Positions 25,298 through 30,125 of a stretch of 30,125 bases of DNA are shown here, one piece after another. The notes beneath the pieces were generated by a model. It saw only the letters and a program-made list of their open reading frames with translations, made no database searches and was not told the DNA's origin. Position 1 is the stretch's first letter, and each line of letters opens with the position of its first letter. Source of the DNA: Myxococcota bacterium (GTDB taxonomy: Bacteria > Myxococcota_A > UBA796 > SXON01); NCBI GenBank assembly GCA_040386535.1, contig JAZKFH010000085.1, positions 1 to 30,125 of the forward strand, read 5' to 3'. Position numbers and translations under genes: made by a program.

Positions 25298-26662
25298 CTA
25301 CTCCGGCACCCCGACCACCCGCACCAGCCCGGCCGACGTGCCGAACCACACCGTCGGCGGGTTCGTCGCGCGGTCGACCGTGATCTGCTGCACGCCGTCC
25401 GCCGGCACCCAGTCCCCGGTCACGACGTGCAGCAGCGCGCCGTCCCAGCGGTACAGGCCCGTGTCGCTGCCGATCCACACGTTGCCGAGGCCGTCGGCGC
25501 CGACCGCGCGCGCGGTGGCGGGCTCGACGTAGAGGTTCACCGGGCTGCCGCCGGGCTCGGCCCCGATCGCGACGTTCGCGATGCCGAACATGCTCGAGGC
25601 CACCCACAACGTGTCGCCGTCGACGGTGAGGTCGGCGATGGCCATGGGCGCCTCGACCTGGACCGGCCAGGTGGGGACGGTCTCGAACAGGTCGGCGCTC
25701 GAGGAGAGGCTGCCGTCGTTGGAGTAGCGCCAGCGGGAGAGCTGGTAGGCGTCCCCGTTCCACACGTCGCCGTCCGGGGAGAAGGCCACGCCGCTGGTGT
25801 AGCCGTGCGGGTGGGTGGGGTGGGCGTGCTCCTCGAACGCGGCGAGGTCGGCGTCCCAGAGGCACAGGCCCTCGTTCGTGCCCATCCACACGTCCCCCGC
25901 GCCGGGGCCCCAGGGCTGCTCGGCCAGGCGCACCACCGATGTGACCTCGTCGGTCACGGTGATGGCGATGGGCTTGATCACGGTGAGCGCACCGTCGGCG
26001 CCGAAGGAGACCTGCTCGCCCTGCCGCTCCACGTCGCCGACGTGGCCGACCCACACGGTGCCGTCGCTGTGGGCGAGCACGGCGCGGGGGCTGTCGGAGA
26101 GCAGGCCGTCCGCGACGCCGTACACGCGGGAGGTGCCGAGCGTCGGGTCGAGCCGCACGAGGCCGGCGCTGCTGGCGCCGTACAACATGCCGTCGGGGCC
26201 CATGGAGAGCCCGGACCACGCGCCGGTCGGCAGGCCGGCCTCGGGGCCGAAGGGGGTCACGCCCTCCACGGCGGGCACCGTGTCGGTGTCGCTTCCGGTG
26301 TCGTCGGTGTCGGTGTCGAGCGGCTCCTCGACCCGGATGTGGATCTGCGTCTGGGTGATGCCGCACTCGTCCTCACCCTGGAAGGTGAGGAGCAGCTCAC
26401 CGGAGAGGTCGGCCGTCCAGACGCCGTCGGCGCCGAGGTTGACCACGTCGCCGTCGATCGCCCACAAGAACTCGATCACGTCGTCGACCGACGAGGTGCC
26501 CGAGCCGGTGAGCGTGATCCGCTCGCCGAAGGCGAACGTGTCGCCCTCGGCCGGGGCGGTGAGGGTGAGCACCGGCTTGCCGCGGCAAACGCCGGATGCG
26601 GCGCTGTCGTCGGTGGAGTCGGACTTGTCGGTGCAGGCCAGGAGCGAGAGGAGTACGAACAT
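25298..26662 (-). CDS. Lipoprotein with an Ig-like domain and a two-component-regulator-type beta-propeller
   Basis: MFVLLSLLAC, an Ig-like N-domain and a DT linker, then propeller blades (YGVADGLLSD..DGTVWVG, VWMGTNEGL, NVWIGSDTGL, VWFGTSAGL). TACCAT lies 6 nt before the ATG. Confidence 0.75.
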   Translation of the reverse strand: MFVLLSLLACTDKSDSTDDSAASGVCRGKPVLTLTAPAEGDTFAFGERITLTGSGTSSVDDVIEFLWAIDGDVVNLGADGVWTADLSGELLLTFQGEDECGITQTQIHIRVEEPLDTDTDDTGSDTDTVPAVEGVTPFGPEAGLPTGAWSGLSMGPDGMLYGASSAGLVRLDPTLGTSRVYGVADGLLSDSPRAVLAHSDGTVWVGHVGDVERQGEQVSFGADGALTVIKPIAITVTDEVTSVVRLAEQPWGPGAGDVWMGTNEGLCLWDADLAAFEEHAHPTHPHGYTSGVAFSPDGDVWNGDAYQLSRWRYSNDGSLSSSADLFETVPTWPVQVEAPMAIADLTVDGDTLWVASSMFGIANVAIGAEPGGSPVNLYVEPATARAVGADGLGNVWIGSDTGLYRWDGALLHVVTGDWVPADGVQQITVDRATNPPTVWFGTSAGLVRVVGVPE

Positions 26663-26682
26663 CCCCCTATGGTACCCCGAAG

Positions 26683-29067
26683 TCAGCCCGGGTTCGTGTC
26701 TTCCGACGGCGGCGGTTGACGCCCCTGCAGCCGCCACGCCGTGGCGAACCCGAGCGGCACCAGCACGAAGCCGGCGATGGTCACCGCGGTTTCGCCGAGG
26801 AGCACCAGCAGGCCGAGCGACCGGATGCCCTGGGACGAGGCGAGGGAGAGCGCCGCGAAGGCCACGACCGTGGTGAACGTGCCGAGCGCGGCCGCCCACC
26901 CGGTGGTGGCGAGCACCTTCTGGATGCGCCCCGGCCCCTCCTGCTTCATGCGGTGGATGAGGTGAATCATCACGTCGATACCGATGCCAAGCACGATCGG
27001 GATGCCGACGAAGTTGACGATCGAGATCTTGATGTCCGCCGCCACCAGCAGCGAGCCCCACCAGATCACGCCCGCGAGCAGCACGGCGATGGCGCCCGCG
27101 GTGGCGCGGATCGAGCGCAGGTCGAGCAGGGTGAACAGGATGACGAGGCCGAGCGCGATGGCGCCGATGACCGGGGCGTCGCGGAACATCAGGTCGTACA
27201 GGACGCCGAGCGTCAGGTACTCCCCGGCCACCTCGACCCCGGGGAGCTCGCGCTGGACGGCCTTGGCGAGGGCCGCGGCCTCGCGCATGTCCCACATGTT
27301 GCCCGACGGCAGCAGCAGCAGGCGGTGCTGCCCGTGGCTCGCGCCGAGCACGTGCTGGAGCGCGGCGGGCAGGTCGGCCGGGGCGAGCTTGTCGAGCGGC
27401 ACGTCGGCGAGACGGGCGAGGTTCTCGCGCACCTGCGGCGGCAGGTAGGCCGCGTTGGGATCCTTGCCGAGCGCCACGATCTCGCGCAGGAGCACCAGCT
27501 TGGCCTCCTGGTCCGCGGGGATGACCGAGCGGATCGACAGCGCGGTCGCCACCTCGGGGAACCGCCCGTCGGCGATGCGCGCGGTGATGGCCTCGTACGC
27601 GGTGTCGAGCGCCGCGGCGTCGGGGAAGCTGACCACGAGCGGCGAGTAGGAGTCGCGCGCCAGCGCCTTCTCGCTGTCCGAGAGGTCCTCGTAGGCGAGG
27701 CCGGAGCGGCGGAGCTCGGACAGATCGAACTCGAACTGGATGCGCGGGATGAACACGGCCGCGGCGATCGTGAAGAAGCCGAGGACGATCAGCACCATTG
27801 GCGCCATCGCGTAGGAGGCGGGGCGGCGGCGCCGGTTCTTGTGGTGACGGTGACGCGTGTGGTGCGGCGGCGTGATGTGCTCGCGGTCGAGCCACGCCAG
27901 CAGGAGCGGCATGCACACGAGCTCGGCGATCAGGCAGAACACCAGCCCGAAGCTCAACAACCACCCGAGCTGGCGGAACCCGTCGAAGTGGGCGGCGAGC
28001 AGCGCGGCGAACCCCGCGGCGGACGTGAACGCGGCGGACGTGCACGCGCTCCCCACGAGATCCCACGCGCGGACCACCGATTCCTCGACCGGATGCCCGG
28101 CCACCCGGAGCTCGCGGTAGCGCGCGTACAGGTGCACGCCGAATTCGACGCCGAGGCCGATGAGCACGGCGTTCACGAAGGAGGTGAACGTGTTGAGCGA
28201 GCCGACGGTGGCGCCGGCGAGGCCGAGCGTCCACAGGTTGGAGATGACGAGCGGCACGAAGATGATGGCGAGCGAGCGCGGCGAGCGGAACGCGGCGGCG
28301 ATGATGACGAGCACCATCACGAAGCTCGCGGCGGTGATCCAGCCGATGTCGCGGACGATGCCCTCGTAGTCCTCGACGTTGTGGCGGTAGGCGCCGCCGA
28401 TCCACGGGATGGTGACGCCGTGGCCCGCGGGGTCGGACGCGACGATCGCGGCGTCGACCTTCGCCATGAACACGCGTGCGAACGGCAGGTCGTGCGCCGA
28501 GCCGGTGGGGCGCACCACCATCCGGCCCATGCGGTCGCCGCTGTTGAGCTGGATCGGCTGGGAGGCGGACTGCAGCTTCGTCGTGAGCGGACCGAGGTCA
28601 CCGAGCAGGCGCGCCGAGATGAAGGGCGAGAGCGCGGCGGGGCCGAGCGCGACGGCGGAGCGGAGGCGGTCGCGGATGAGCTCCAGGTCGTTCTTCGGCA
28701 CCTGGAGCAGGCCCAGGCGAAAAGCCACGGCGGGATCGAGCTCGTAGAGGACGTAGTCCACCTCGGGCATCGCCTCGAGCCGGCTCGAGAGGTCGGCGAG
28801 GTACGCGTCCCGCTTGGTGGAGTCCTGCGCGTCGACCGCGATCGTGAGGAAGTTGATGCCTCCTTCCTGCTCGTCGAGCCGCTTGAGCGCCTGGGTCGAG
28901 GGCTCGTCCTCGGGCATGAGCGTGAGGATGTCGCTGTCGACCCGCAGGCGAATCGCGAAGATCGCGGCCAGGATCGTCACGATCGCGACGAGCGCCAGCG
29001 TCGCGCCGCGATGGCCGAGCACCCACCGGGCGAGCCGTCCGTAAAAGCCGGGGGGATGGGCGCTCAT
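26683..29067 (-). CDS. MMPL/RND family transporter
   Basis: Two-repeat multi-TM architecture; LRVDSDILTLMP, LIGLGVEFGVHLYARYRE, FDGFRQLG and IVLGIGIDVMIHLIHR. Likely start is ATG 29067. Confidence 0.9.
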   Translation of the reverse strand: MSAHPPGFYGRLARWVLGHRGATLALVAIVTILAAIFAIRLRVDSDILTLMPEDEPSTQALKRLDEQEGGINFLTIAVDAQDSTKRDAYLADLSSRLEAMPEVDYVLYELDPAVAFRLGLLQVPKNDLELIRDRLRSAVALGPAALSPFISARLLGDLGPLTTKLQSASQPIQLNSGDRMGRMVVRPTGSAHDLPFARVFMAKVDAAIVASDPAGHGVTIPWIGGAYRHNVEDYEGIVRDIGWITAASFVMVLVIIAAAFRSPRSLAIIFVPLVISNLWTLGLAGATVGSLNTFTSFVNAVLIGLGVEFGVHLYARYRELRVAGHPVEESVVRAWDLVGSACTSAAFTSAAGFAALLAAHFDGFRQLGWLLSFGLVFCLIAELVCMPLLLAWLDREHITPPHHTRHRHHKNRRRRPASYAMAPMVLIVLGFFTIAAAVFIPRIQFEFDLSELRRSGLAYEDLSDSEKALARDSYSPLVVSFPDAAALDTAYEAITARIADGRFPEVATALSIRSVIPADQEAKLVLLREIVALGKDPNAAYLPPQVRENLARLADVPLDKLAPADLPAALQHVLGASHGQHRLLLLPSGNMWDMREAAALAKAVQRELPGVEVAGEYLTLGVLYDLMFRDAPVIGAIALGLVILFTLLDLRSIRATAGAIAVLLAGVIWWGSLLVAADIKISIVNFVGIPIVLGIGIDVMIHLIHRMKQEGPGRIQKVLATTGWAAALGTFTTVVAFAALSLASSQGIRSLGLLVLLGETAVTIAGFVLVPLGFATAWRLQGRQPPPSEDTNPG

Positions 29068-29160
29068 CGGCGGTCGTGGTCCATCGGGGGGGCGTCGGGG
29101 GTACGTCGGGGGGGCGCCCCTATACACCGTGGAGGTTAGGAGGGAAAGCGGGGGAGCTCC

Positions 29161-30000
29161 ATGGCGCTACGGGTCCAGATCCTCGGCGCAACGCGGCTCG
29201 CGCGCGTCGTCGTGCCCTACCTGCTCGAACGGCGCGGGGCGCGCATCGTGGCGCTCGACCCGGGCGAGGAGGACGAGTCGCTCCCCTGGTTCGCCCCCGT
29301 GCGGGGCCTCGCGCGCGCGAACGGGATCCCGATCGGGCGCGACGCGGCGGATCTCGTGCTCGACCTCGATCCCGACGCCCGCCCCACCCGCGGCGAGGGC
29401 CCCATGTTGCGCGTCCTCGCGCCGCCGGGCGCCCGCTCCCCCGACGTGAACCGCGCGCTGCTCGACGGCGGCGCCTGGGCCATGGCCGTCGTGACGCCCG
29501 AGGGCACGGCGTCGTGGGCGCGCCGCGCGCTGGACCTGCCCGAGAACGCCGACGCCGAGGCCCTCCTCGACCAGGCCACCACCCGTGCGGTCGAGGCCCT
29601 CGACGAGGCCTGGGACGCCCTGGTCGCCGAGGCCGTCGCCGAGCCGCTCGAGCGCCCCCTCATCGCCGGCCGATTCCGCTCCCAGGAGGCCTACGTGCTC
29701 TGGGAGCAGCCCGCCGCGCGGATCGCCGCCCGTGTCCGCGCCTGCGCCGGGCCCTGGGGTGGCGGGCGCGCCCACGTGGGCGACAACCCCGTCTACCTGC
29801 TCGACGCGCGCGTCGTCACCGACGTGACCCCCGCCGGCTTCGACCCCGGCACCATCGTGCGCCTGGACGAGGGCGTCGAGCTCGCGACGGGCCGCGGCGT
29901 GGTCCGCATCGAGCGCCTCCGCCCCGGCTGGCGCCCGGCGCGCGCGGCGGGGGCGTACTTGCGGGAGGTGGGGCTCACGGAGGGGTACCAGCTGATCTAG
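29161..30000 (+). CDS. Methionyl-tRNA-formyltransferase-like protein with a degenerate active site
   Basis: N-terminus LRVQILG..PVRGLARANGIP and C-terminal VLWEQPAARIAARVRA..PWGG..PGTIV..VELATGRGVVRIERLRP resemble Fmt/Formyl_trans_C. The NxHxSLLP motif is absent. Confidence 0.6.
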   Translation: MALRVQILGATRLARVVVPYLLERRGARIVALDPGEEDESLPWFAPVRGLARANGIPIGRDAADLVLDLDPDARPTRGEGPMLRVLAPPGARSPDVNRALLDGGAWAMAVVTPEGTASWARRALDLPENADAEALLDQATTRAVEALDEAWDALVAEAVAEPLERPLIAGRFRSQEAYVLWEQPAARIAARVRACAGPWGGGRAHVGDNPVYLLDARVVTDVTPAGFDPGTIVRLDEGVELATGRGVVRIERLRPGWRPARAAGAYLREVGLTEGYQLI

Positions 30001-30125
30001 GGCGTTCGGGGGGCGCCCCGGGCCCGCGCGGACGCGGCCCCGTCGGCCCCCTCCAGTCTCGCTGCCGCTCGGTCCCGCCGCGGCGGCGGGGACCGGCCGC
30101 CCGCGGCGGGCGGCCGACTTCCGGG

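Noticed and set aside
30001..30125. GC-rich inverted repeats at the window end
   Set aside because: The sequence is extremely GC-rich and truncated by the window edge, so it cannot be told apart from a gene end or chance pairing.

Overview
This is a very GC-rich bacterial chromosomal window of about 24 genes. Its gene content (many short-signal lipoproteins, a DUF1501/cytochrome c module, an MMPL transporter) suggests Myxococcota, which is an inference. The standout feature is a retron-like element at about 7870-9374. It has an extended -10 promoter, then a ~170-nt structured non-coding region (terminal inverted repeats, two msr-like hairpins, an msd-like hairpin, a candidate branch G in an AGC context), then a retron-type reverse transcriptase. 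The RT carries variant signature motifs, a long N-terminal extension and an unclear start codon, and no recognisable effector gene is next to it. Other content: a SRAP/HMCES peptidase, a PqqB-like hydrolase divergent from a TetR gene, a gpx-ohrR/ospR operon with a palindromic operator, a receptor-L-domain lipoprotein and a diheme lipoprotein. Further on are a ~1950-aa Ig-repeat surface lipoprotein, a tail-collar protein whose RBS is buried in a long leader hairpin, an arylsulfotransferase-like gene pair, a heme/DUF1501/PA14 operon and a degenerate formyltransferase. Several genes appear leaderless, with TAnnnT exactly 6 nt before the ATG. All family assignments come from motif recognition by eye; no database searches were run.
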